Source of the DNA: an uncultured Alphaproteobacteria bacterium | Lineage (GTDB): Bacteria > Pseudomonadota > Alphaproteobacteria > Rs-D84 > CACZYB01 | Assembly: GCA_934246625.1 (NCBI GenBank) | Contig: CAKQHZ010000001.1 | Span: 434,964-498,963, forward strand | Length of the DNA: 64,000 bases | Direction of reading: 5' to 3' | Shown: positions 36,830 to 46,103 of the stretch, piece by piece | Layout of the letters: each line of letters opens with the position of its first letter | How positions within the stretch are numbered: the stretch's first letter is position 1 | Notes under the pieces: model-generated | Told to the model about the DNA's origin: nothing | What the model saw: the letters and a program-made list of their open reading frames with translations, nothing else | The model's database searches: none | Made by a program: the position numbers and the translations under genes

Positions 36830-37906
36830 ATGTTTATGGGGATTGTTGCTTTTATTATATTGATTCCAATAGTGGTTTTCGTTCACGAGTTCGGACATTT
36901 TCTTTTCGCACGAATCAATGGCGTTAAGGTCGAGTCTTTTTCAATAGGTTTTGGTATGAAACTTTTTGGTTGGCGTGATTCTTTTGGCACAGAATGGAAG
37001 GTTTGTTTGGTTCCGCTGGGTGGATATGTGAAAATGTTGGGACAATCCGATACTCCTGAAACTTCTGAACAAAAGCAAGCAAATAGAAAAAAACTTTCAA
37101 AAAAGGAAAAGTCCGAAAGTTTTGAATTTAAAAAGCGTTATCAAAAGGCATCTATTGTTTTTGCAGGTCCGTTGTTTAATTTTATTTTGGGTATTTTGGT
37201 TTTCTTTTGTCTTTTCTTTTTTATTGGAATGGCAAAGTATTCACCCGTTATACATAGTGTTGTAAAGGAATCTCCTGCGGTGAAAGCTGGGCTTAAAAGT
37301 GGTGATAAATTGATTAGTCTTGGCAGTAATAAAATCGAAATTGCATCTGATGTGTCAAAATTTATGAAGGAGGCAACTGGTAAGCCTATGCCAATAGTTG
37401 TTGAACGAGATGGTAAAGTTTTAAAATTTTCTATTACACCAAAAAAAAGTGATGGAAAGTTTTTATTGGGAATTGTTTATGCTCCAAAATTTGAAAATTA
37501 TACAAAGGTTGGATTTATTGATGCCGTTAAAAATTCATATAATCAAACCTCAACTATTGTTGTGGAAACTGTGAAATCATTGGGTGAAATGATTATTGGA
37601 AAACGTTCATCAAAGGATTTGGGTGGTATGATTTCTATTGCTCAGATTTCAGGTTCTGCTTTTGAAAATGGATTTTATTCATTTATGTATTTGATGGCAT
37701 TTATTTCTATTAGTTTGGGGCTTTTTAATTTGTTCCCTATACCTGTGCTTGATGGAGGATATTTATTTATTTATATAATAGAAGGAATCATAAGACGAGA
37801 TTTACCAGAAAAATTAAAAGAAATAATGTTTTTAATTGGTTTTTGGTTTATTATATTCCTTCTTTTGCTTTCTAATTATAACGATATTGTAAGGTTGCTA
37901 AAGTAA
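36830..37906 (+). CDS. rseP: RIP zinc metalloprotease RseP (site-2 protease, 358 aa)
   Basis: HEFGHFLFAR (HExxH) in the first TM helix, PDZ domain, and LDGG motif (PIPVLDGG) near the C-terminus. Confidence 0.85.
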   Translation: MFMGIVAFIILIPIVVFVHEFGHFLFARINGVKVESFSIGFGMKLFGWRDSFGTEWKVCLVPLGGYVKMLGQSDTPETSEQKQANRKKLSKKEKSESFEFKKRYQKASIVFAGPLFNFILGILVFFCLFFFIGMAKYSPVIHSVVKESPAVKAGLKSGDKLISLGSNKIEIASDVSKFMKEATGKPMPIVVERDGKVLKFSITPKKSDGKFLLGIVYAPKFENYTKVGFIDAVKNSYNQTSTIVVETVKSLGEMIIGKRSSKDLGGMISIAQISGSAFENGFYSFMYLMAFISISLGLFNLFPIPVLDGGYLFIYIIEGIIRRDLPEKLKEIMFLIGFWFIIFLLLLSNYNDIVRLLK

Positions 37907-40179
37907 TGAAGAAGTTTGTAAGTTTTGTTTTGGGATTTATGTGTGTCGGCCTTTCTTCTGTAAAGGCTGGTGTATTAAAGGATATTAAAGTTGTTGGTAA
38001 TGAGAGAATTCATTCTGATATGATAAAAAATTTCTTATCAATAAAAATTGGTGATGAAGTTAATGAAAAGGTTTTAAATAAAAACCTTAATATCCTTTAT
38101 AGATCAGGGTTTTTTAATAATATTAAAATTGATGAAAATGATGGTGTCCTTGTAATAAAGGTTTCTGAAAATCCTGTTATAAATAGTGTGGCATTAGAAG
38201 GTAATTCATCAGTAAAAGATGACGATTTGAAAAAAGGTTTGCAAACAAGAAGTAGGGCTATATTTTCTCCAGCAACAATAAAGCAAGATGTTGAAAATAT
38301 AAAAACTATGTATAAAAGGTTGGGCTATTTTAAGGCTTCTGTTGATGCAAAGGTGATTAAAAAAAATGACAATAGATATGATGTTGTTTTTGAAATAAAT
38401 GAAGGTGATAAAGCATTTATTAAAAAAATTGAAATAAATGGAAATGAAAGTTTTTCTTCCTCTCAATTACAAGATGTGATTATGAGTAAGGAATATGCTT
38501 GGTGGAAATTTATGGAAATGTTTGATACCTATGATGAAGACAGAATTTTATATGATACCGAGCTTCTTCGAAATTATTATGTATCCCAAGGATTTTTGGA
38601 TTTTGAAGTTGTTTCCTATACATCAAAAATGGATTTGAGTGAGAAAAATTTCTTTGTTAAATTTAATTTAAAAGAAGGTAAGCGTTATAAAGTTGGTAAT
38701 GTTTCAATTAACTCCCAGATACCAGATTTGAATATTGAAAAATTGCAAAAGAAAATTATTCTTCCAACTGGGATTTGGTATGATGAAAATTTGGCAAAAA
38801 AATCTGTGTCTGCTTTGGCTTCACAAATGGGTGAAGATGGATTTGCATTTGTGGATATTGAAATTATCAGAAAACCAAATAAGGAAACTGGGGTTGTCGA
38901 TGTTATTTTTGATATTCAAAATTCGTCAAAGGCTTTTATAAATAAAATTGAAATAAAAAATAATACACGAACCTATGAAAATGTGATAAGACGAAATCTT
39001 GCATTTGATGAACAAGATATTTTTAATTCCAATAAGTTAAAACAATCAGAACAAAATTTGATGGGACTTGGCTATTTTGATAATGTGAAATTTGTTCCAA
39101 AGCCAGTTGCTGGGACTCCTGATAAAGTTAATGTTGATGTTAATGTTCAGGAAAAATCAACTGGTGAACTTTCTTTGGGTGCAGGTTGGTCAAGTATCAA
39201 TAAGGGATTCTTTGAATTTGGCATAAAGGAAACTAACTTTATGGGAAAGGGGCAAACTTTGGGCTTTACCTCTACATTTTCAGGAAGACAAAATAATTTT
39301 AGTTTATCATTTGTTGAACCTTATTTATTTGATAGGGATTTGATGGGTGGTGTTGATGCTTACTATAATCAATATAAATACTCTTCTACTTATGGTTATG
39401 ATATTAATGGTATTGGATTGGCTCTTAAACTTGGGTGGAGTTATACTGATAAACTTTATCACAGATTAAGATTTTCAGCAAAAAATGAAAAAATGACCAA
39501 CATTGCCGACAATTTGCCAAATGATTTGCGTGTTGGTATTGGTGAATATAATGTATTTAAGGTTGGTCAAACTTTGACCTTTAAGGACCAATTTGTTGAT
39601 TATGTAAATGATACCAAAAATGGTTATGTAATTTCATTGTCAAATGAGTATGCTGGTTTTGGTGGCGATAAGTATTTCATTAAAAATGATTTGTCATTTA
39701 AGCAATCATTTTCTTTTTGGGATAATGAGTGGATGTTCGGTATTTTGGTTGATGCTGGAAAAATACATTCTTTGAACGAAAAGGTTTTAAGTCGAAGCGA
39801 TAGATATCTTTTGGGTGGTGATAGTTTGAGAGGTTTTGAGTATGGTGGTATTGGTGCAAGAAATAAATTAAATCCAACCTATGCTTATGGTGGTGATTGG
39901 GTTGTAAATGGAACTTTCCAACTTAACTTCCCTATTGGTATTCCAAAGAAATATAAAATTTCAGGATATGTTTTCTATGATTGGGGAAAACTTGGAAGCC
40001 CAGATTTGAAAAATGACGAATATATTATGTATAGTGGAAAGATAAGAACTTCTGCTGGATATGGAATTTTATGGAATTCTCCAATCGGAGCAATCAATCT
40101 TTCTTGGTCTAAAGCCTTAGAATATGAAGATTATGATGAACTTCAAAGATTTAGATTTTCTATTGGAAGTTCGTTTTAA
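37906..40179 (+). CDS. bamA: Outer membrane protein assembly factor BamA (757 aa)
   Basis: Five POTRA-like repeats followed by a 16-strand barrel. C-terminal ...RFRFSIGSSF. rseP-bamA-skp synteny. Confidence 0.95.
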   Translation: MKKFVSFVLGFMCVGLSSVKAGVLKDIKVVGNERIHSDMIKNFLSIKIGDEVNEKVLNKNLNILYRSGFFNNIKIDENDGVLVIKVSENPVINSVALEGNSSVKDDDLKKGLQTRSRAIFSPATIKQDVENIKTMYKRLGYFKASVDAKVIKKNDNRYDVVFEINEGDKAFIKKIEINGNESFSSSQLQDVIMSKEYAWWKFMEMFDTYDEDRILYDTELLRNYYVSQGFLDFEVVSYTSKMDLSEKNFFVKFNLKEGKRYKVGNVSINSQIPDLNIEKLQKKIILPTGIWYDENLAKKSVSALASQMGEDGFAFVDIEIIRKPNKETGVVDVIFDIQNSSKAFINKIEIKNNTRTYENVIRRNLAFDEQDIFNSNKLKQSEQNLMGLGYFDNVKFVPKPVAGTPDKVNVDVNVQEKSTGELSLGAGWSSINKGFFEFGIKETNFMGKGQTLGFTSTFSGRQNNFSLSFVEPYLFDRDLMGGVDAYYNQYKYSSTYGYDINGIGLALKLGWSYTDKLYHRLRFSAKNEKMTNIADNLPNDLRVGIGEYNVFKVGQTLTFKDQFVDYVNDTKNGYVISLSNEYAGFGGDKYFIKNDLSFKQSFSFWDNEWMFGILVDAGKIHSLNEKVLSRSDRYLLGGDSLRGFEYGGIGARNKLNPTYAYGGDWVVNGTFQLNFPIGIPKKYKISGYVFYDWGKLGSPDLKNDEYIMYSGKIRTSAGYGILWNSPIGAINLSWSKALEYEDYDELQRFRFSIGSSF

Positions 40180-40243
40180 TACCTATTGCAACTTTGTTTG
40201 AATGCTTTATAATATAAATATATTTAGAAATAAGGAGATAAAA

Positions 40244-40870
40244 ATGAAAAAAAATATAATTGTAAATTTGGTTTTGGGTTTTGGTCTTTTGTTTGCAAGC
40301 GAATCTTTTGCTTCTGGATTTGGTGTTGTTGATATGAATAAAATTACTATGCAATCAAAGGTTATGAAATCTCTTAATGGTCAAAAAGATGAAAAGTTAA
40401 AATCTATACAAACTGTGGTTGATGCAAAGCGTAAGGATTTTGAAAAACGTGAAGCAGATTTAAAATCAAAGGCAAAGGATTTTGAAAAACGTGAAGCTGC
40501 TTTGAAAACAAAGGCTTCTATGCTTAGCGATGATGCAAAAAAGGAATTTATGGGTGAAGTTGCCACTTTCCAAAAAGATGTGGCTGAATATGAAAAACTT
40601 TATAACCAATTCCAACGTGATGTTGTTGAGTATGATAAATCTACTGCTTTGAAAGTGAATGCTGTGGAAAAAGCATATATGGACGCAGTTTTGAAAGTTC
40701 AAAAAGACTATCTTGATGGTATTATTAAAAAAATTGGTAAAAATAAAGGATTAGATTTAGTGTTTAATTCTCAAGCTGCTATTGTTGTTAATAATGATAT
40801 GGATATTACAGATGTTGTTATTGACGAGCTTAACAATCAAGTTGTGGAAATAGAACTTAAAACAAAATAA
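40244..40870 (+). CDS. skp: OmpH/Skp periplasmic chaperone
   Basis: Signal peptide, coiled-coil K/E-rich body, position after bamA. Start at MKKNIIV with AAGGAG SD. The ORF track starts 14 codons upstream. Confidence 0.75.
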   Translation: MKKNIIVNLVLGFGLLFASESFASGFGVVDMNKITMQSKVMKSLNGQKDEKLKSIQTVVDAKRKDFEKREADLKSKAKDFEKREAALKTKASMLSDDAKKEFMGEVATFQKDVAEYEKLYNQFQRDVVEYDKSTALKVNAVEKAYMDAVLKVQKDYLDGIIKKIGKNKGLDLVFNSQAAIVVNNDMDITDVVIDELNNQVVEIELKTK

Positions 40871-40941
40871 TTGTATTAAATACTTGAGTCCCCTTTGAAA
40901 ATTTGTTATAATTTTGTTATGAATTTAAAAGGGGATTTTTT

Positions 40942-41778
40942 ATGCAAAAATTTTTTAAAAAAGTTTCTTTGATTTTTGTTTTGGGATTGGTTAGTGCTTG
41001 TTCATCTAATGTAAAACAAGATAATGTTGCTCCTCGTGTGGTGGCGGAACTTCCTGTGTTTGAATATAAGGAAACTGAAGTTATTAGCAATGATAATGAC
41101 AATATAGAGCAAACAAAACAAGAAAAGTATTTTTCAACAAAATCTGAATATGATGGAAAAATGCTTTATAAAGAAGTGGAAAAACAAGTCAAAAAAGTTG
41201 AACTAAAAAAGAAGGTGATTAAGCCTGTGTATGATACAGAAAATCATCCTATTAGTTTAGATAAAAATCAAGTAAAGCAAGTTATTAAACAAATTTCTTC
41301 TAGTCCTGATTTTGTTGATGGTGTTGAATATAAGGATAAAAATGTAAAGGCTTTGATGGAAAATTATCAAAATATCCTTAAAACTTCTTATAGTTGTTGT
41401 GTTGTAAATATTGCAGAAGAATTAAAGCATCGTGGAGTTTCCAAAGAAAGTATTGTTCAATTTTTAAAATTTGATGCTGAGGAATTTGCTTTGCAAAATA
41501 TGTGTATTGTTGTTGATGATAGTGATATTAACGATGTTTATGGAAATAAACTTTTGACAGAGGTTGTTGCAAAATCAAAAAATAGTTGTATTTGTAATAA
41601 TGCTGAATTTTTAAAACGAAATATTGATAATTTTTATAAAATTTATAATATGAAACCTGAGTTATATAATGAAGTTTTAGTCTATAGATTTAAGGATAAA
41701 AAGGGTCGTATTGTTGAGCATGATATAAATGAAACAGTCCTTAATATTTCAACAATTTTGAACAGTTGTGTAAAGTAG
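40942..41778 (+). CDS. Hypothetical lipoprotein (278 aa) inserted between skp and lpxD
   Basis: Lipobox LGLVSAC at residues 15-21. No recognisable domain. Confidence 0.55.
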   Translation: MQKFFKKVSLIFVLGLVSACSSNVKQDNVAPRVVAELPVFEYKETEVISNDNDNIEQTKQEKYFSTKSEYDGKMLYKEVEKQVKKVELKKKVIKPVYDTENHPISLDKNQVKQVIKQISSSPDFVDGVEYKDKNVKALMENYQNILKTSYSCCVVNIAEELKHRGVSKESIVQFLKFDAEEFALQNMCIVVDDSDINDVYGNKLLTEVVAKSKNSCICNNAEFLKRNIDNFYKIYNMKPELYNEVLVYRFKDKKGRIVEHDINETVLNISTILNSCVK

Positions 41779-41786
41779 GGGGCATT

Positions 41787-42851
41787 ATGGAAAATAGATT
41801 TTTTGATGTTGTAAATTCTATGGCCTTGGGTCAAATTGCAACTTTGTTAGATGTAAAATTATCAGATGAGTCAAAGAAAGATTTGGAAATTACTAATCTT
41901 GGCTCTCTTGAAAAAGCAGATGAGCATAGTATTATTTACCTTGCTTTGGGTAATGCAACATCTGAACTTCTTAATAAATCTTCTGAATATAAAGAAAAAT
42001 TGAAAAGTGTAAAGGCTGGGGCTTGCTTTATTTCAGAAGCTAATGTCGGTTTATTGCCTTCATCTATTGTGCCAGTTATTACAGATGACCCAAAGGGTGC
42101 ATTTATCAAACTTACAAACCTTTTTTATAAGGATAAGTCTTTGCAATTTAAGGGTATTTCAAAAAATGCAGTGATTGGTGAAAATGTAAAATTTGCGGAT
42201 AAAAATTCTGTGCATATTGGGGATTTTGCCGTTATTGAAGATGATGTTGAAATTGGTGAAAATTGCTATATCGCAAGTGGTGCCAAAATCAAAGTTGGTG
42301 TTGTTATGGGAAATAATTGTGTTGTTAAAGAAAATGCAGTGATTTCACATACAATGATGGGTAATAATGTTAAAATTGGTGAAGGTTCTTGTATCGGTGG
42401 CGATGGCTTTGGCTGGCATAGTGGAGCTTTCGGTCATATTTGGGTGCCTCAACTTGGTCGTGTTATTTTGGAAGATAATGTTGAAGTTGGTATAAACTCT
42501 TCTATTGATAGAGGTGCTTTGGACGATACAGTTATTGGCAAGGGAACAAAAATTGATAATGTGATACAAATAGGTCATAATTGTAAAATTGGAAAGAATT
42601 GTATCTTGGCAGCGATGAGTGGTGTTGCAGGTTCAACAATAGTTGAAGATTGGGTTTTGATTGGTGCGGCGGCTGGTGTTTCTGGACATCTTAAAATAGG
42701 TGCAGGAAGCCAAATTGGTGCTGGTGCTGGTGTTATTCAAAGTCTTCCTCCTAAATCAGTGGTAAGTGGTTATCCTGCACAACCTGTTGCGGACTTTTTA
42801 AAACAAACTGCGATGTTAAGACGATTTGTTAAAAAAAGGAAAATGGATTAG
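41787..42851 (+). CDS. lpxD: UDP-3-O-(3-hydroxyacyl)glucosamine N-acyltransferase LpxD
   Basis: Left-handed beta-helix hexapeptide repeats throughout (IGxxxxIGxxxxI...). Position after skp. Start at MENRFF. Confidence 0.9.
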   Translation: MENRFFDVVNSMALGQIATLLDVKLSDESKKDLEITNLGSLEKADEHSIIYLALGNATSELLNKSSEYKEKLKSVKAGACFISEANVGLLPSSIVPVITDDPKGAFIKLTNLFYKDKSLQFKGISKNAVIGENVKFADKNSVHIGDFAVIEDDVEIGENCYIASGAKIKVGVVMGNNCVVKENAVISHTMMGNNVKIGEGSCIGGDGFGWHSGAFGHIWVPQLGRVILEDNVEVGINSSIDRGALDDTVIGKGTKIDNVIQIGHNCKIGKNCILAAMSGVAGSTIVEDWVLIGAAAGVSGHLKIGAGSQIGAGAGVIQSLPPKSVVSGYPAQPVADFLKQTAMLRRFVKKRKMD

Positions 42852-42924
42852 TCAAAAAAGTTCTTGCCTTTTGTTCTTTAAAGTAATATTTTAATAACGT
42901 ATAAATTTTAGGAAAGAAATTACT

Positions 42925-43380
42925 ATGGAAAAAAATGTATTATATATTGATGATATAAAAAAGATATTGCCACACAGATATCCTTTTTTGCTTGTTGATA
43001 GAGTTATTGATATTGTGCCTGGACAATCTGGAACAGGTATTAAAAATGTAACAGTTAATGAAGAATTTTTTAATGGACATTTTCCTTCTTCTCCTGTGAT
43101 GCCTGGGGTTTTAATGTTGGAAGCAATGGCTCAAACAGCGGTGCTTGTTGGTGCAACAGATGAAACTGAGGAATTAAAGGGACAAATCGTATTTTTAACA
43201 GGAATTGATGATGCAAAATTTAAAAATAGAGTTATTCCTGGTGATCAACTTCATATCAAAGTTGAAAAATGTTCACAAAGAGGTGCTTTTGAAAAATGGA
43301 AAGCTGCAATCTATGTTGATGACAAACTTTGTGTATCTGCAACTTTGAGTGCTATGAAATCAGGTAAAACAAAGGTTTAA
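42925..43380 (+). CDS. fabZ: 3-hydroxyacyl-ACP dehydratase FabZ (151 aa)
   Basis: IxxxLPHRYPFLLVDRV...HFP..PVMPGVL..EAMAQ catalytic motif. Confidence 0.95.
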   Translation: MEKNVLYIDDIKKILPHRYPFLLVDRVIDIVPGQSGTGIKNVTVNEEFFNGHFPSSPVMPGVLMLEAMAQTAVLVGATDETEELKGQIVFLTGIDDAKFKNRVIPGDQLHIKVEKCSQRGAFEKWKAAIYVDDKLCVSATLSAMKSGKTKV

Positions 43381-43406
43381 ATTTTTATTATTTCAGTTAT
43401 TAAAGA

Positions 43407-43435
43407 AGGGTGTTAATTTTTTAACACCTTTTTTT
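43407..43435 (+). terminator. Rho-independent terminator after fabZ (GGTGTTAA-TTTT-TTAACACC plus T7)
   Basis: Perfect 8-bp stem followed by TTTTTTT. Confidence 0.75.
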
Positions 43436-43730
43436 GTTGCTTAAATCTTTATTATGTAATATCATAAAATTAGATTTGGATTTATCCAAGTTTAGCGTCC
43501 ATAGGTGGACGTGGGACTGTCGTAAGTTCTTTATATACTGCCGTATGTTATTTTACATACGATCTTTGTCCCCACCTTTAGTGGGGAGTCTTTGGTGTAT
43601 GTCCAGAGGATATTTTTATATTCTTAAAGACCAAGGAAATCATCTTGCAGTATATATGATTTACGAACTCCCCGCCATTTATGTGATAAATGGGAAAAAT
43701 TTTGTGATACACAAAAAAGGGGAAGAAACC

Positions 43731-44147
43731 ATGAAAAACTTATCTAAAGTACTTTGTATTTGTGCGGGGGCTATCTCGGCAAATCCTATTAACCTTCAGG
43801 CTAAAACTTTGCTTGAAACCTTGACTCAATACTGTGTTCCGACGGTTGGCAACTGCGACAAAAAGGCTACCTACAATACCTCTGGCAACTATTGCGATTG
43901 TGCCAACATCAACAAATTCTATAACTCTTCGAATCGTTCTTGCGAGAACTGTATCCTCGGCTCTTTCGCAACCTCAGACTATAAAACTTGTGAGCCTATT
44001 CATTGCCCTGACGGCTATGTTGCGACTTTGATTTCCAAAGGGGCGTGTCCAGATGGCTATACTTTGCAACAAATCAATGTGGCTTCGGGTTGTGGCGAGG
44101 GTTATGCGTTGAAGAAGTATAATCCGGCGACGAAGAGTTTTAATTAA
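43731..44147 (+). CDS. Secreted Cys-rich protein (138 aa), paralog of 23748..24056 (QYCVPTVGNCDKKATY module) but with a GC-rich codon style
   Basis: SD AAGGGGA before ATG 43731. Signal peptide MKNLSKVLCICAGAISA. The ORF body is about 43% GC against a genome background of about 30%. The upstream part of track ORF 43434..44147 is rejected as leader. Confidence 0.7.
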   Translation: MKNLSKVLCICAGAISANPINLQAKTLLETLTQYCVPTVGNCDKKATYNTSGNYCDCANINKFYNSSNRSCENCILGSFATSDYKTCEPIHCPDGYVATLISKGACPDGYTLQQINVASGCGEGYALKKYNPATKSFN

Positions 44148-44254
44148 AGATATGGGCGGGAGTTTTTTATCATAGTCTTGCTTCCGCCCTCCCAGATTGG
44201 CACTTTTGAAGAGGGGGAGGTGTCAAGGAAGAAACACCCTCGAAGGAGAAAAAA

Positions 44255-44908
44255 ATGAAAACCATGAAGAAAAAGAAATTAGCGGTGATAGGGATAGCGG
44301 GAATGCTCTCTGCAACACCTGCCTCCGCTCAAACATTTTATCAATGTATGCCTGTAAAGTGTAAAGCAGGAGAGTATGTAAGTGGAAGTAGTTGTGAGCG
44401 TTGCACTGGAGGTTATCGTTGTCCAGGAGATAATAAAAGGTATGCGTGCACAGGCGAATGGGAATATGCAACACCAGGAAGTTCATACTGCTCTACCTTT
44501 GGCCCAAGTGATGTTCGTATTTGGGTTGGTGGTGGCTGTGCTGATAGAGATAGAAACGATCAAGCTCTAATGTCTAAGTTAGTGCCAATTACATCTTTTT
44601 CTACAAAGAAGGAAAATGGTCAAACAAAATATATTACAAACTTTAGTATTCTATCAGACAGAAACAAATATGATAGATCAGGTTTCTTTAATTGTTTAGA
44701 TAATAATTTTAAAAAAAAATATACTTCACAAGAACAATGGTGTAAATATGCAAGTATTACTCTTTTAACAACTCCAAATGCTGGTGGTTCATCAGACTTT
44801 ACCGTAAAACAATATAGTAAAGTATATGGAACGTTAGAGTTTCGATCTAGTTTTGAGTGTTTAAGATTAGGTCCAGGCGGTGGTTGTGCAAATAAATGTA
44901 ATAATTAA
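44255..44908 (+). CDS. Secreted Cys-rich protein (217 aa) with ephrin-receptor/TNFR-like CKAGEYVSGSSCERCTGGYRCPG repeat. Compositionally mosaic.
   Basis: Strong SD GAAGGAGA. Signal peptide ...ATPASA. The 5' 330 nt are about 43% GC and the 3' 320 nt about 25% GC. Confidence 0.7.
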   Translation: MKTMKKKKLAVIGIAGMLSATPASAQTFYQCMPVKCKAGEYVSGSSCERCTGGYRCPGDNKRYACTGEWEYATPGSSYCSTFGPSDVRIWVGGGCADRDRNDQALMSKLVPITSFSTKKENGQTKYITNFSILSDRNKYDRSGFFNCLDNNFKKKYTSQEQWCKYASITLLTTPNAGGSSDFTVKQYSKVYGTLEFRSSFECLRLGPGGGCANKCNN

Positions 44909-44940
44909 AAAAAAGCCCTCAAATGAGGGCCTTTTTAATT
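44907..44940. terminator. Bidirectional rho-independent terminator (GCCCTC-AAAT-GAGGGC) between convergent genes
   Basis: Perfect 6-bp GC stem flanked by A8 and a T-run. Lies between the 44255..44908 stop and the 44948..45352 (minus) stop. Confidence 0.75.
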
Positions 44941-44947
44941 TTGAGGT

Positions 44948-45352
44948 TTATTCCCAACCTGATGTATCGCTTAGACCACCGTATGTTTGTTGGATATTGT
45001 TTTTACCTTCTGGGTCAGCCATATATGATACGATAAAGCCAGCAACTCCAAGAAGAACAAGTGCAACGATTAACATAAATAATTTTTTCCAGTCAATGTC
45101 TCCTTTTTCGATAGCATTCCATGCATATCCTAAAAATGCAACAGCAGCAACAACGAATAATGCATTTCTTGTATATGCGAATAGTTGGCTTCCACGTTGT
45201 AAGAATCTTTCAAAAGGACCAGTTTTTCCGGTTGTTACAATCTCACTTCCAGTTTGTGCAAGAACATCAACAGGAACCATAAACATAAATGCAACTAAAA
45301 TACCAAGACATACAAGTGTAGATTTTTTAGTTAAAAATTTGAATATTGACAT
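44948..45352 (-). CDS. virB2: Candidate VirB2/TrbC-family T4SS pilin (134 aa)
   Basis: Long signal peptide ending VDVLA/QTG, then two hydrophobic helices separated by a short charged loop (…ALFVVAAVAFLGYAWNAI-EKGDIDWKK-LFMLIVALVLLGVAGFIVSYMA). This is VirB2-like topology and size. Confidence 0.5.
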   Translation of the reverse strand: MSIFKFLTKKSTLVCLGILVAFMFMVPVDVLAQTGSEIVTTGKTGPFERFLQRGSQLFAYTRNALFVVAAVAFLGYAWNAIEKGDIDWKKLFMLIVALVLLGVAGFIVSYMADPEGKNNIQQTYGGLSDTSGWE

Positions 45353-45419
45353 TATTTTTTCTCCTATCCGTTAATATCTTAGACAATTATATCAAAATTT
45401 GTATGGTAAAGCAAGTTTT

Positions 45420-46031
45420 TTATTTTGATGTGATGGTCTTTGGTTTTGCATAATGAGGCTTTATATATAATGCCTCTATCTCACCTTGGATAAAGGTTTT
45501 TGGGTCAAATGTTTTATCAAAATATTTTAAAATTTTAGGGGCATTGATTTTTGCAGTTATTATATTATCACCATTTAAAAAGTCAGAAATGATTGTTTGG
45601 TTTAAATCTATTTCCTCCTTTTTTATAAGTTTATGTGGAATAGTTTCCAAACCATTTTTATCAAGTTGGGTAAAGTAGCAATCATTCCCGCCTGCATTAA
45701 GGGCAATATTGTATTGTGGTAAGTTTTTATCATTAAGGCTGTGATATAATGCTTCGAAATTATTGATACATATCACAGGAGTGTTTGTTGCGATTAAAAA
45801 ACCCTTTATTACAGAAAGTCCAAGGCGGATTCCAGTAAATGATCCAGGTCCCACATTTACAACAATAAAATCCAAATCAGAAATTTTTGTGCCGTTAAGA
45901 GTTGATGAAATTGCATCAATTATTTCTTCGGATTGGCTTTTTTTTCCATCAGAAATAAAATCGACTATTTTATCATTATTTTTAAAACAAATTTCAAGTA
46001 ATTGATTTGATGTGTTTATGTAAAGGGATTT
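45420..46031 (-). CDS. tsaB: tRNA threonylcarbamoyladenosine biosynthesis protein TsaB (YeaZ)
   Basis: MKSLYINTSNQLLEI... and the VNVGPGSFTGIRLGLSV motif. About 200 aa. Confidence 0.8.
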   Translation of the reverse strand, partial: KSLYINTSNQLLEICFKNNDKIVDFISDGKKSQSEEIIDAISSTLNGTKISDLDFIVVNVGPGSFTGIRLGLSVIKGFLIATNTPVICINNFEALYHSLNDKNLPQYNIALNAGGNDCYFTQLDKNGLETIPHKLIKKEEIDLNQTIISDFLNGDNIITAKINAPKILKYFDKTFDPKTFIQGEIEALYIKPHYAKPKTITSK

Positions 46032-46103
46032 CATTATTTTAATTGACCTCAATATTTTTTCTTATATAATAACAAAGAGGGAATAAAATTACAAGAGGGA
46101 AAG

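Noticed and set aside
43434-43730. 99-codon N-terminal extension of the ORF 43434..44147
   Set aside because: The translation (…HRWTWDCRKFFIYCRM…) is not protein-like. A strong SD plus a signal peptide start at 43731, and the upstream part folds into hairpins conserved with another leader. It is treated as 5' UTR.
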